Part shown: positions 16,089 through 31,025 of the stretch, piece by piece
How positions within the stretch are numbered: position 1 is the first letter of the stretch
Layout: each line of letters begins with the position of its first letter
Assembly: GCF_000497125.1 (NCBI RefSeq)
Contig: NC_090598.1
Coordinates: forward strand, 372,001-436,000
Direction of reading: 5' to 3'
Origin: Spironucleus salmonicida
Taxonomy: Eukaryota
Length of the DNA stretch: 64,000 nt
Notes under the pieces: generated by a model
Databases searched by the model: none
Told to the model about the DNA's origin: nothing
The model's input: only the letters and a program-made list of their open reading frames with translations
Translations under genes and position numbers: made by a program

Positions 16089-17708
16089 TCATTTCAATTT
16101 CAGGTTATTTAGTTTTTTGTAAAAAGATAGCAATAAATTAAAATCTGGAGCTACTCCACTAATTATTGAATATTACTTAGTTTGAATATCCAAAATTTTA
16201 ATTTATCGCATAGTGCCTTATTCTACCTTTGAACTTTAATCTTGCATTACCGATGTTTAGCTTTCTTCAGTTTAATTTTATGTTGGAATGGTAATAGATA
16301 TTGTCTCCTCCTTTTCTAAGATATCTTATTTTCTGAGATGCTTACTACTTCTTCCTGTTGATTTTCTCTATTCACTCTCTTATGACGAATTACCAGATTA
16401 TATTTATTTATTCTTTAATTCGTACTAGTCAAATAGTTACTTTTACTGTAATATAAAATCATCATTGACTTATAAGTTAACTTTATTAGTATCATGCTCA
16501 TGATTATCTTACAATGAATTATTAAAATCATCAAATATAACCTTTCGGGCCTGAACAGGTCCTCGTCGCCTTTCATTAGAACTAAATTTCCTCTCTACAT
16601 TGCTCATAAATAATCTGAGTGATTTTTTTGTACATTTATTTTTGAATATGGGGAGTTTTGAGTACTTATATACTAAAATATCTTTAAATTAAACTGTTTT
16701 ACGGAAAAAATCGTCAAAATGGTCCATTAAAAATTATTGCTACTATTAATTTAATTCTGGTAGGGCTCTAGTAATTTAAATATTCGTAAAATGATTTGCT
16801 GGTGATTTTTATACTTCAATGCATGTAAACTTTACTTTTCCCCATAAAGATTCAAAAAATTACTTATGATCCTCGTAATAGATATATAAATCTAGTGGCT
16901 CCATTACAATTCCTCTTAACTATTAAGCTCTATATTGCACCAACTTTGCTAGTTATTTTTCATATTATTCTGTGGTTTTATATCGTATAGGTTAATTTAT
17001 TCTGTTAAATTCTGAATCTGATGAAGAAAAAGAATAGAATTCTGTTTCTTCTTAATTACTACCAGATTATTACTCAAGCAATTTTGTTTCTTGTTTTTAC
17101 GCAGGTTCAATAAAATCTTGTATCTATTATTTAGATGATTCTCTCTATTTAATTTAGTCAATAATGTCTCTAGCTTAACTATCATCGTTATCAGAATACT
17201 CTAAATTATAAAACTTAGTATCTGCTTATTTCTCAAGTTCATCTTAACCACTTATTTGTCCTTTTGATTGAAGAGAGGCAAGTATTTATGACCATGGTTT
17301 ATGACGCTTAAAATGCATGTAGTATATATTTTGACATGCCTATTTAACAACTTATGGATGATAATCATGATATTATAGAATAATTTTTTCATAAGTATCA
17401 TTAATATCATCATATTTTTAACTGTGAATTAATTCGTAAAATAGCTATGCAATATCTACTCGATTTTTCCAACCAAGAGGTGGGTAAAATCGTCTTGTAT
17501 AATATAGCATATAATATATTTTAACTTACCGTTAGCCCTGTGGTAATTATTTTGCTACTTTAATCCAAAATTGATTGCTTACAAGGTAATCATTATTTTC
17601 AATTAAATATTATAATATTTCTTATTAATTCATTTCTTTATTAGTTAGTGAAAATATTTCGTAAGTAATTAATAAGTTAAGGACTTTATCATAAGTTTCA
17701 TTTCTCAT
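16089..17708 (-). CDS. Hypothetical protein (539 aa)
   Basis: MRNETYDKVLNLL...; in-frame span to TGA; no family recognised. Confidence 0.65.
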
Positions 17709-17837
17709 TTTGAAATGCAATAGAAAAAAATCGTTATCTACCTATATAATAATTATAATATAATTCTGATAGTAAAGATTATAATACTATAATGTTAGTA
17801 TATAATTTTATTAAATTATCATATTAAGCATAAATTA

Positions 17838-18473
17838 ATGACATCTGATTCAGAATAAAATGATGAAATAAATGCAGAATAGTTTTTTGACAGTCTTAAT
17901 ACGATACCATAATATCTTTAAAATTGTGCATTTAAATAAAAATAAAAATTCAAAATAAACAACAATTCATTTGCGTTACCTCAGTTTAATTTAGTGAAAA
18001 TTTAAAGTGAGTTTCATAGAATTTAAGATAAAGGTATTGATCCGCTATCAATATTATTAACGAAATTTCCTAATGTAAATGATATTTTGCATATAAAGAC
18101 TTATTATATGTTAGATGAGAATAAGATAACATCTAATTTATATTCCTAGTTTAATTACATCTTGATGCACTATAATATTATTAATGCTTATCCACTATTT
18201 GGATTTTTACTATTGTCTGATGAATAATTTAATTACAATGCATAAAAATCTACTTTTATTGCGTTAATTATTAGATGGAGTAAACAAAGCTAACAATTTT
18301 GTGAAAATATATTTGTTAAATTATATGAAACTGTTAATATACAGTAATTTATTGAATTGTTACCTGCCTATTAAATAATATTTGGAATGGTACCTCATTG
18401 GGCTTAAAAATAATGTAGTGAAGACGATAGTGATATAGAGATTGAAAGTCATGTAAGAAGTTAAATAGAATGA
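17838..18473 (+). CDS. Hypothetical protein (211 aa)
   Basis: MTSDSEQNDEINAE...SQIE*. Confidence 0.6.
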
Positions 18474-18652
18474 ATGCCTATTTTTACTATTTAAAATTAC
18501 CATATAAAAGTATCCGTTATATTAATCTTCTTATATAAAATATTTTAGACTTAGGAATTTTCTTATAGGCGAATATAATATTTAGGAGTAATGTATTACT
18601 TATTATTATATATTTTATATTGTAGTAAAAATTTATTCCCAGTTCCCGCAAA

Positions 18653-19795
18653 ATGTTTACGGCACGGGAGGATATTCCTCTCTGTTGCACATTGAATAAA
18701 GTAGAAATGTTTCCAACAGAGTTGGGTTTAGATCCAATAAAAGAGGCTAGAATAGATCAGTAAATTTAGTCACTTGGTCATAAGAAAGATAATATTGATA
18801 TTTCGCCTTATTCAAAGGATTAAGTCTAAGCCTTTCAGGAAATGACGAATACTCGAATTTCTCTCACAAAACTTAAAAATAATAGAGAAATATCAGTTGA
18901 TACTTCAAAAGTCCATAATTTTGATTTACCAGGTAAAAATTGTAAATGTCTAAATAAGTCACACACTTTGCTTAAGCAAACTCATAAGGAACTGCATAAA
19001 TAGGAGATTAATGGGTTTAATCCAAATTTTGTGCCACGAGAAATGAATAGTTAGAATCTAGGGTTTGACTTTTAAAATTATGGGAATGAAAATAACAAAT
19101 CATTAACTAGAACTAAGCTTTTAGAATCAAGAAAATATTCGTTAAAGATAGCTGAGGAAGATTAGAAAAAATAATTTGTTGAATCAGTTAAAGAATAATT
19201 TTAAGATTCGACTCATCCTTTTTATGAAAAAGACGAAACATTGCATTATACAGAAAAATTTGACAGTACTAAAAATACTTTCAATACATTTTCTTGTAAA
19301 GAGATTGAAAACATGAAAACGTATAGAAATATTAACAAACTTGACGACAAAGATTTCAGCTAATATAAATCACTAAGAACTGCCAAAATCGCCTAAGAGG
19401 AAGAACGTGTGAATATGCCCAAAATTACTGATCCTAGTACTTTTGACTACTCACACATTAATGAATAATAACCAAAGAAGACTAAATTTGCAACCGCAAT
19501 TTTAATGGAGAAAAACCCAGACTGGGCGCTTTTACGTGTCAAGTCTACAATGCAGTAGGACGAAGATAAACCTTTATATAGCTCATTTGCGCCAGATGGC
19601 TTCTTCCGAGAATTACTGCTCCCTTAAATCCGTGTTCCTTCTAGAAACTGCAGGCAAGTTCCATAATAACTTCGAGGAATGGTGAGAGTTATGTAGTTAC
19701 CAATCGTCGCTGAGCCGACGTAGTTACTTGATACAGAGGGTGACAGGATGCCAGGGGATACACGTGTACTGACTAGACCAAGCATTTTCGAGTGA
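18653..19795 (+). CDS. Hypothetical protein (380 aa)
   Basis: MFTAREDIPLCCTL...TRPSIFE*; C-rich motif upstream; ends GAGTGA. Confidence 0.7.
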
Positions 19796-19796
19796 A

Positions 19797-20480
19797 TCAT
19801 TTTCTTAAATCGTATAGCCCTGGCCCGAGAAACACATTTTCTCGTTAAGGATTAAGAGGTTAAAATCTCTACGTTTTATAAAACTTTATTGTAGGAGTAT
19901 TTTAGGTAATTACTAATGGTATATATTTAAAATTATATTATTTTTGCATTCCAGTAATTCCAACTTGCATAGAATCTGTTCTATCAGTTATATATTAACG
20001 CTAAGATTTTATATTGCGACTAATTTGGGGACTATAGTATGCAGGGGAGGTGACTATGTTCTATTTTTATATTTCTTCATCAAATACAGTTTTTCTAGCC
20101 GTTTTTTGTAAGGAAATGATTTAAACTTCATTAGAAATTCTTGGTAATTAATATGTTTAAGGACCTAAATTTGGGTTTTTTAATCTTGCGATATCATGTG
20201 CATTAAAACATTATCGAGAACTTACAGGTATGTAAATTCTATCTTTAGGTGTGGTAATTTTTGATTTAAAGCATAATTTGATTGGATCCATTATTTGTTT
20301 TTGGATTTTAATAACATGGATTATAAATATATATTGCAGAATTATTAGAAAACTATAAATAGTTCTTATTACTTCTTATTAAATATAATAATTGCTAGTA
20401 TAAATGAGCTATTTAATGTACTCATCATCAAGCTTTTCGCAGTCTGTATTATCTGAAATTGATTAACTGCAGCATTCCAT
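19797..20480 (-). CDS. PG-rich repeat (SHIPPO/ODF3-like) protein (227 aa)
   Basis: Motifs NLGPQTY, TSPAYY, RENVFLGPGLYDL*. Confidence 0.65.
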
Positions 20481-20481
20481 T

Positions 20482-21201
20482 ATGTCAAAATATATTACAA
20501 TAGAACCTAAAAGACTCGTTTAATCAAAAAAATATTAGTCTAGCAAATATATCAATGATAATAACACGTAGTTATTGTTATTCTCATATGCAGAAAATTA
20601 GTAGCTGTAAGAAGAGCTATCAGTATCTAAGTTATTGTTATCAAATTATAAACCTAGAAGAGCTATATCTTGTCCGAAAAAAAAGAAATATATTGATCCT
20701 TCCACTAGTCCTGCTATATATGGGCAACCAACTATAGTAACTACAAATAGAAATAATTTTCTTAAAAGGTCTGATTTGTTTTTAGCTAATAAGAAGAAAA
20801 ATATTAATATTGAAAAATAAAAAAGTATATTCTCTAGTCCTACTATTTCAGAACTTGCTAAAAGATCTGAATCTGCGTATTCTAGAACTAATGTATTACA
20901 CAATTATATGTATGGAAGCACTATACTGTCATATTAGAAACGGTTGAGATTATAAAGTATTGAAGAAAGTTATAGAAAAAGATAAGAAAGAAAAAAATAT
21001 ACACACGTTTCACGATACAATCAATAAAATACATTAAAATATAGTTAGTCTTTGTATTTAGATCATAAAATTAATTAATTTATGGATGCAGATCTTTAGT
21101 AATACTTTTAAGCCCCAGGATTGAGTTCTAGATTTTATTATGACTAATTTGATAGAATCACTCCTAAAACTTACAATTAATATATAACGGATTTGATATG
21201 A
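20482..21201 (+). CDS. Basic hypothetical protein with degenerate PG/SP-xx-Y motifs (239 aa)
   Basis: TSPAIY, QAPG, ITPKTY; frame fully translated and open. Confidence 0.6.
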
Positions 21202-21204
21202 TTA

Positions 21205-21744
21205 TCAGTAAAATTTTCTTAAATTATAACTACCTGGGCCAATAAATCCAGTCGCTTTTCGTTTAGACGGTGATTTAAATCGCTCTGATTTATTAAAAGA
21301 TGGTGAAATATTTCGTGTAGGTTTTGTTTAAATATTATAATAATCTATACCGGGATAACCACTATATCCTAAATTCTATAAGTATTTTCTGTCAACTCGG
21401 TTATTGTTATTTATATGTATACTTTCTTTATTATCTTTGATAACTATATTATAATTTGCAGGCTCTGTTTATGGAGCATTCAAAATAACGTCATCAATGA
21501 ATCGTCTTGTTTCATACTTCTTAAACTCAATATTTGATGCAGTATTACGATTTTAGGAGAATAACTATTAATTCGGTAGAGTATAAGTTTAAGGAGATAT
21601 ATTTTCTGATGTTGTAGGACGTACAATGAAAGAAGATCTACCAATGTCATTTCTAGCACTTTATGATGATTTTATAGGAGATTAAAGTCGCGGCTTATGT
21701 TTTTATCTTTATGCATATGCTAACAGAACTTTTGTTTACTCCAT
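21205..21744 (-). CDS. PG-rich repeat (SHIPPO-like) protein (179 aa)
   Basis: ISPQTY, GYPGIDYY, FIGPGSYNLRKFY*. Confidence 0.65.
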
Positions 21745-21865
21745 CTTAAGTTTTGCAAATGTTATTCTAATTAAATTTATTTATAATATAATCAAAAATA
21801 TATTTCTTAATCAATAAATTTTACATTATTCATAGTTTACTATTTTCATATATGTAAATTTATAA

Positions 21866-22672
21866 ATGGACAATACCACCAAAGAAATAGAATTTTCCGC
21901 ATCGGATGAATCAATTTATTCTAACCCATTCTTACCAGAGCTAACAATGAAAGCTAGGCCTTTGTATGAACAGAAAAATTACTAAAAAGAGGAATATGAA
22001 CGCAAAATTCATTTTGATCAACGAAGTACATATGTATAAGTATCAGGTACTACTGTAAATGTATCACCATTATCATATAATATTTAATAAAAATAAGATA
22101 AGAGGGCTAAAATAGGTGAAAGAGGAAATATTATTATACATGAGTTTAATCATTAAGCCGACAATGTTATGGGTCCAGGTTTATATTAGGTACCACGAAA
22201 TCTTTAGTTATATATACCAGGTTCAAATATTAATGTAACTACATTTTCAAAATAAGAAAGGATTTCACCAATTCGTGTGCTCAGGTCGCCGTCCCCAATG
22301 GAATATACCTTACCAGATCCAGATAAACTAGGAAGTGTTCATCCTGCTGATATTCGAATTAAAGATATTGGACATATGAGATATTTTGATAATATTACAC
22401 ACAATAATGGTTCAGTTGGTGTTGGAACATATGATATTCAAAGATAAAATATTAAATCTATGGAGGTTAATCGAAATAAGCGAGCTACAAAAGATTATTT
22501 AAAGAATTTTGGATTTGGTAATAAAGATGATACTAAGTATTACAATATAAGGACAACACTTGCTTCTCCATGTGCATCTTTTAAATAGGCTGATAGATTT
22601 AAAAGACTAAATACAAAGCGAGAAAATATTTTTTTGGGGCCAGGCTCACATTCCTTGATTAAAAAATGGTGA
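21866..22672 (+). CDS. PG-rich repeat (SHIPPO/ODF3-like) protein (268 aa)
   Basis: VSPLSY, MGPGLY, PSPMEY, VGVGTY, RENIFLGPGSH. Confidence 0.7.
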
Positions 22673-22676
22673 AAAA

Positions 22677-24167
22677 TCATTCAAATAATGAAAGTGCTTT
22701 CAATATTCTGCTATATTCTCTATAGTATTAAATTTATGTCAAATCTGCTGTTCTTTTCAACCCAAAGTCACAAACTATCTTTCTTTTAGTTTAGCTTCTT
22801 ACAGAAAAAGTAGTTTCCCACTCAAGTTTAGGATACCATACTTTTTAAGCGTTTACGGTATCTCCTTTTTCGGTATCAAAATCGTTTTGGTCTAAAGATA
22901 TATATGCGACCTCATCATTATATTTTGCAAGAAGAGCTATGGTGGATAACCCTTGACCTTTTATTCCACATCGTTTGAGTGAAAGATTTATTAATGCTAC
23001 TTAAGGTCCATTAAACTATTAAAATGTTATATTTTTATAATGCTGGTCATAACTTTCATCTGTATCAATAAATCCAAATAATTCAAATTTGTTATTAATA
23101 ACAGATTATCCATTACAATTGATATAAAAATCATTCTAAGGTGTTCTAAACTAATACTTAAGCAAGGCTTCCGCTAATAAAGAAGCACCTTAGTTTTTAA
23201 TATTAACACCATCTAAAATAATAGATGTTAGAACAGACTCTTATTTTGCCAAATGCTCTTTTAATTCATAACAAATGTCAAAACAGCCTTTACACCCTGT
23301 AAGATCGAGAAAACGAAGTGGAGTTACAGATAATCTAAGATAGGCTCCAGATTTTGGCAAAGGTTTAGGTAAATCTTATCTTTATGTTTACCTTTATTAA
23401 ATTCGCTTCATATCATTAATTCTTTTGTTTATTACGTCCTTTTCTTCCAGTTCCTCACCATCAATAGCGACTTCTGTAACTAAATTTTTGATAATATCTA
23501 AGTCAAACTCCGAACCTTTAATTGTCAAAGCTTCAATAGATGTGTTATAGGAGATGCCTAATGCTAATCTTCGTTAACATTCTCCTGAAAGCTCACTTAA
23601 TTAAAGCTCTCTTAGTCCACAAAATCGGGCTACTAAAATTCTCTCTAGCCAAACTGATGCAGGTTCAGAAAAACCTGTCTTTTTAAGATCTAGATATTAT
23701 AAACATCCATATGGTTGAGATCTCTCTCCAGCTACACCATAAGATAGTTAATAACCATGGGCAATAGCTTCCATGAGCATTTCTGTTCCTACTGAGCCCA
23801 AATTATTCTCAGACAGTGAAAGATAATTAATTGATGACTATTGGAGATCTGACTTTATTTCTTAACAAAATAATTCTGTAATTTAATTAGATCTTAGGGA
23901 TAGTCCATATAAGAATGGTAAAAGTTAGATTATAGATGTTGCACATTTATCGGTCAATAAATTACATCCTAGATCTAACACTAAATGCTGTGGTTATATT
24001 TCAATTAAAATTTAGGCTATTTTTTGAAGTATTTCATCAGTTATGCGATTTTTGAAAATAAATTTCTAAGCTCCAAATAAATTGAGATACGATGATGGTG
24101 TACGTAAATATTCGATAAATGGTTCTGGTAACTAATTGTCAATAGCCTATTAAACAAAGTCCGCCAT
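22677..24167 (-). CDS. RNI-like leucine-rich repeat protein (496 aa)
   Basis: LDLGCNLLTD, LSLRSNQITE, LSLSENNLGSVG, LDLKKTGFS repeats. Confidence 0.85.
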
Positions 24168-24240
24168 TATTAATTAATAAATTCCATTTATTTATGGTAT
24201 ATTATTTATACTTATCTTTTCTATCACCACTTCACCAAAA

Positions 24241-25650
24241 ATGCCTTTGCACCCCACTAATCTTCCTGACTAAACAGCTCCGGTATCAGAGATCCACCCA
24301 CTTCATCCATAAATTACAGCTCGTTAAGCAACGCTAAACATCGGGACAATCGGTCATGTAGCGCACGGTAAGTCATCGCTTTGCCGTTCTCTTTCAGGCG
24401 TAAATACAGTTCGTTTCGAATCAGAAAAGGAGCATAATGTTACAATTAGGCTTGGTTACGCCAATTGTAAAATCTTCACGTGCGAGTCATGCCCTGAACC
24501 TCATAATGTGTTTTCGTTTAATTCCGCTGCAGCCGATCCCAAATGTCCAAATTGTAAGCAGATTCTTTCTCTCACCAGACATATTTCAATAATTGACTGC
24601 CCAGGGCATGATGAATACATGACAACAATGCTATCTGGTGCTGCTATCATGGACGGTACCATTTTGTTGGTAGCAGGAAACGAGTAGTGTCCGCAATCAT
24701 AGACTGTCGAACACCTCTAGGCTATAGCTATTTAGGGTGACAAGCCGGTGGTAATTTGCCAAAATAAAATTGATTTGATAGCCGGGTAAGTGAACGCAGC
24801 AGAGCAGAACATGGAGCAGATCACTAATTTTGTCAAAGGAACTATCGCTGAAAAGGCGCCCATTATCCCAACTAGCGCTGTTCGAGGTCTAAACGTTGAT
24901 ATGATCGCTTATCATTTAAGTAAAATACCAATTCCTGATCGTAAACTTGATCAGTCGCCTATTTTTACTATAATTAGGAGTTTTGACGTTAATAAATCAG
25001 GATCAAAACCTGAAAATTTGAGCGGTGGTGTCGTTGGTGGAACTCTCAGTTAAGGTATTCTCAAAATTGGCGATATCGTAGAAATTCGCCCTGGAATTAT
25101 CGAAATTGATGGAGATAACATAAAATGTTATCCTCTGAAGACCAAAATTGTTTCACTGAAAACTGAAGATAATGAGCTTAATTATGCGATTCCAGGCGGC
25201 TTGATTGCAGTTGGGACGCTTTTAGACCCTTCAATCACAAAATCTGACAGGTTGGTTGGCTAGGTATTAGGTATTCCCGGAAGTCTACCACCTATTATGA
25301 GAAGACTCAAGATTAGCTTCCATGAACTGTAAACTTCTATTATACCAACTGGATTTATGGCTTTAACCTAAGAGATATTTTAGATTGATTAGTCTATTCT
25401 TTTAACTGTTTCTGGCTGTAACAGTACAGCAAAGATCGAAAGTGTAAATTTTGAAGGCGGAAAGATTCAATTTGTTGTCAACTTAACTGACAAGCCGGTG
25501 TGTGTTGGATTTGGAACTTATGTTGCAGTAAGCGTTAAGAATGCGAAATTATAAAGTAGAAACTGGAGATTGATTGGTTACGGCGTTATTGTCAACGATG
25601 AAGAAATTTATAAAGAAGTCTTTATTGTAGATGAAAATGAGGTTAAGTGA
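24241..25650 (+). CDS. EIF2S3: Translation initiation factor eIF2 gamma subunit (469 aa)
   Basis: [58 protein letters not shown]. Confidence 0.96.
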
Positions 25651-25784
25651 TATTAGGGGTTCTATTCATATATGTTATATATTATTTAGCATGAAGTTAC
25701 TTAGTTAGTTAGAACAATTAGGAGCAATATTATTTAAAAGAACATAGATATTCATAAGTTTACATTATAAGTATATTTTAAAAA

Positions 25785-26243
25785 ATGAACTTGTAAAAAA
25801 TAAAAATTTTAAGCGTAATAATAGATTAGCAAAATGACTAACATATGACAAAAGCCAAGACATTTAGGGATATCAGAGATAGATACAATAATATTCCAGT
25901 GGAATATATAGAAATAGTCTATAGTTAAATTATAGTAGAAACTAAATGCCTTAAATGGTCTATAATATAGCAAAAGATAATAATTCAGGCTGTAAAATTA
26001 TTTCAAAAGTAACTATCTGATATTCTATCAAGTTTTGAGGAGAGAATTATATAAGAACTTGAAGTTTTATTTGATTTGCCTTGGAAAGCGATTGATTAGT
26101 TGGTTCAATTGATATCTTTTGACTATCAAACGAATTTGGCCATTTCTGAACTTAAATAGTAGTATGGAATCTTATACTTTTCTGATTTTACAAAAGGTAT
26201 TATGTATTAAATGTGCCGATAGTTGTTATAACAAAACGAATGA
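25785..26243 (+). CDS. Hypothetical protein (152 aa; alternative start 25845)
   Basis: Open table-6 frame ending CRQLLQQNE*. Confidence 0.5.
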
Positions 26244-26256
26244 TTTAATTTTTAGA

Positions 26257-28041
<1,785 letters not shown>

Positions 28042-28114
28042 TCCTATATACCTTCCTATCATAAACTAGATATAAAATATAATATAATTATATTTTATAT
28101 GAAATTCTCACTCA

Positions 28115-29488
28115 TCAATTATAGATATGCAAAGTACTTCTCTTGAAATGAGGTTTAAACTAATTGATACTTTCATTTTACTCAGTGTAAACGAAATTAC
28201 GATTGTCTTATGCGCCAATCAATTCTTCTGGTTAAAGTTACAATCTCTAGCATTCCATTTCCTTCTACATCCATTCATCAGTAATACGTAAAATGTATTT
28301 AGATTATGATTTAGTTTACTTAGCCAAATCGTTTATTTAACTAACTATATTTTAAGCTTAACTTGTTAGCTGTATGTTTGTGGTTTTTTCTACGTTTTCT
28401 GGATAACTCTGATTTTCTATAGCTCTGTATCCTAATTTTCTTAAAGAATCTAATAATAATTTTTATTGTAATCTAACCTTAGCCCACTCAGGGACAACTA
28501 TTTTTCTATAAGCAGACCATTCTTTAAGTGAGTAATATTTACCGCCAAGATTTAGTTAAAATGAAGTCTAAATATCTCCACGTTCTAGTCTAAAAGGTCT
28601 ACATCTCAATTATTTCAATTATTCTGGAAATGCTTCCAATTCTTTTAGCATTTCAATTGGATAAGTTGATGTAAAGTCATAATAATCAGGGAACATTAAA
28701 TGATATTTTTCTATATCAGGTAAAATATGAAAAGTTGCTGCTAGATGTCTCCTTAGTCCAGAGATAGAGAAAAATGACTTTTCACACTTAAAACATTATC
28801 TTGTTTATGAATAAACAGTTCTAAACAAATCGATAAGCTTTTCTGCATCACAATATTTTCTATAAGGTACAAAAAATCCATGCTCTTCTTCCATATGCTT
28901 TTCTAAAGTTGTAAAATCGGTTTCAGTCTTTTCGCACATCAAACACTCATTACAACCAATTTTAGTTCTTTTTTCAACAATTTCACTGAAAATCAGCTCA
29001 TCTTAGGCTTATTCGTCCAACTCAAGTAATTAAGGTAAAATTTATCTGAAAATCTCAGCCTCTTCATAATTACAAAACGATGGGACAGTAAATTCAAATT
29101 CATCGATATTTTGTTTATTTACTCCTTCGTCATTACAACATTAGTCACCTGTACCTGCAATTTTTTTGGTACCTGTTTTTTCTGTTTTTAAGGCAATTAA
29201 TTTAATTCTTTATTTATGCTTATTTGTAGTCATGTGTTCAATCATCTGGGCATTGGATTTGAATTTTCTGTTGCAAATAGTGCATTCTAATGCTTATTTT
29301 GCGGCTAATTCTGCTGTTTCTTGCTGCTGAATCGTCAGGAATTCTATATATTCATCAGGTGTCATTGGTGGAAGGGCTTTCTATGAGCGACGACAGTTCT
29401 CTACGTGCAATAATGTCTTAAAATGGTCTCTTTATTCATCTAGAGAGGTAAATGATTATCTACAAGTGATACAAGTATAATCTTACAT
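28115..29488 (-). CDS. REI1: Pre-60S factor Rei1/ZNF622 (C2H2 zinc fingers, 457 aa)
   Basis: YTCITC...QRDHFKTLLH...RRSQKALPP, CTICNRKF...HMTTNKH, CLMC...HMEEEHGFFVP, LGGK. Confidence 0.88.
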
Positions 29489-29649
29489 TTGGGAAAGGAT
29501 GATGAAAGGGAATTTTATATTAAAATATTATATATTAGTCCGCTTAAAAATTTTAGAGGTAATTTCACGGACTTTTCTGTCTAAAAAAATAATACTTCTT
29601 TGTAGACATATAAAAATATAATACCAAAGTAATAAGTAAAACAATTAAA

Positions 29650-30636
29650 TCAGTTATCAAAAATAGCTCTTAATTTTGTCAATAATTGCTCATATTCTAG
29701 GTCAACAATAACGCCGATATTCTTTCCATCAACCATCTTGGTTCTACCGAACTGTTCAGTCTATTCGGTAATAACTTCGATGCCGCACTATCTAAGGGTG
29801 CAGAATTCAGGGAAGATAGCAGCGAAAACAGCAAGTGCATCACAGATCATGTATCTGGTGCCATTAATCTTCTTAGTTTGTTGTACCATCCATGCAGAAA
29901 TTGCTTAGTGGAAATCTTAAAGCTTATTTTCACCTTTATGAAGGGAGTTAAGAGTGTCAAAAGTAAGAGATTTTTTGATGGTAAGAACCCAGTCTGCTAC
30001 TACAATATCCTTCTCTCTGAAGCACTTTTCAGCAGCGTCAACATCGCACGCAATATTGTGTTCAGCGAAGGGGCATTTGAATACACCCATGTTACCATCA
30101 GTTGGACCAAATGGTTTAGCATCATCCAAGGAAGCAAATGCCTCAGGAATACAAGCAGACATAGTAAAATATTACATATTTTCTACCTCTAATTCAGCCA
30201 TAGTGGTGCAAGGACCAATGGAGATGAATTTGAGCTTCTGGCCATTTTTCTTGGCCTCAGCAGCAGCCCAGAGCAAGGAAGGCATGAATTCTTCAAAAGG
30301 TAACTATTCGAAAGGTACATTATGTTTTTTCTCGAAATCAGGTTAGCCACCAAGACCGTCAATACCGTGCCAGCATTCTTCGTCAGGTTCAGATAAGGGC
30401 TTAGGTACAAACTTGGAAACCGTGTTTAAGGCAGAAACAGTGAGCTTAGGTATAACCTTTAAACCTTTTACCTGCTTATACATATTTACAACACGGCTAA
30501 CATTCTTCTTGACATAGTCGCAAGGTATGTTGCCATATGAGCAAGAAATACCTAAAACAGTAGAGTGTTATAAAGCCATTAAAATAGCAACTGTATCATC
30601 AAGACCAGCATCAGTATCAATCCAAAGATAGGACAT
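29650..30636 (-). CDS. Inosine-uridine preferring nucleoside hydrolase (328 aa)
   Basis: WIDTDAGLDD, SYGN, HGIDGLGG, IGPCT, AEHNIACDVDAA, CDALAV. Confidence 0.92.
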
Positions 30637-31025
30637 TTGATGAAAAGGGATTTAAATCTACTATGTTAGATTCATATTTTATAACATAATAATAAGATTA
30701 TAAAAATTTAAAAATCACAAACTATCACAAATATTTAAACTCATTTGGAGCGAAAGTCGCAAGATATAATATGATTTTTTTGCATTAATAGTATTGGTTT
30801 AGTAAATCAAGTATAGTTGATATTAATAATGATATTAACATTCGATAAAAACAATTTAATAGTTATAATATAGACAATATTTTTAATTTTAATTTAAAAG
30901 TGATGTTTAATTCAAAATATTAAGTTAAGTATAATATTTTAAAATTGTATTTAAATATTTTGAATAAAAATCAATCAAGTTTGATTATTGGTCTTTCTCT
31001 CCCAGACATTATATCTCCCGGCCTC

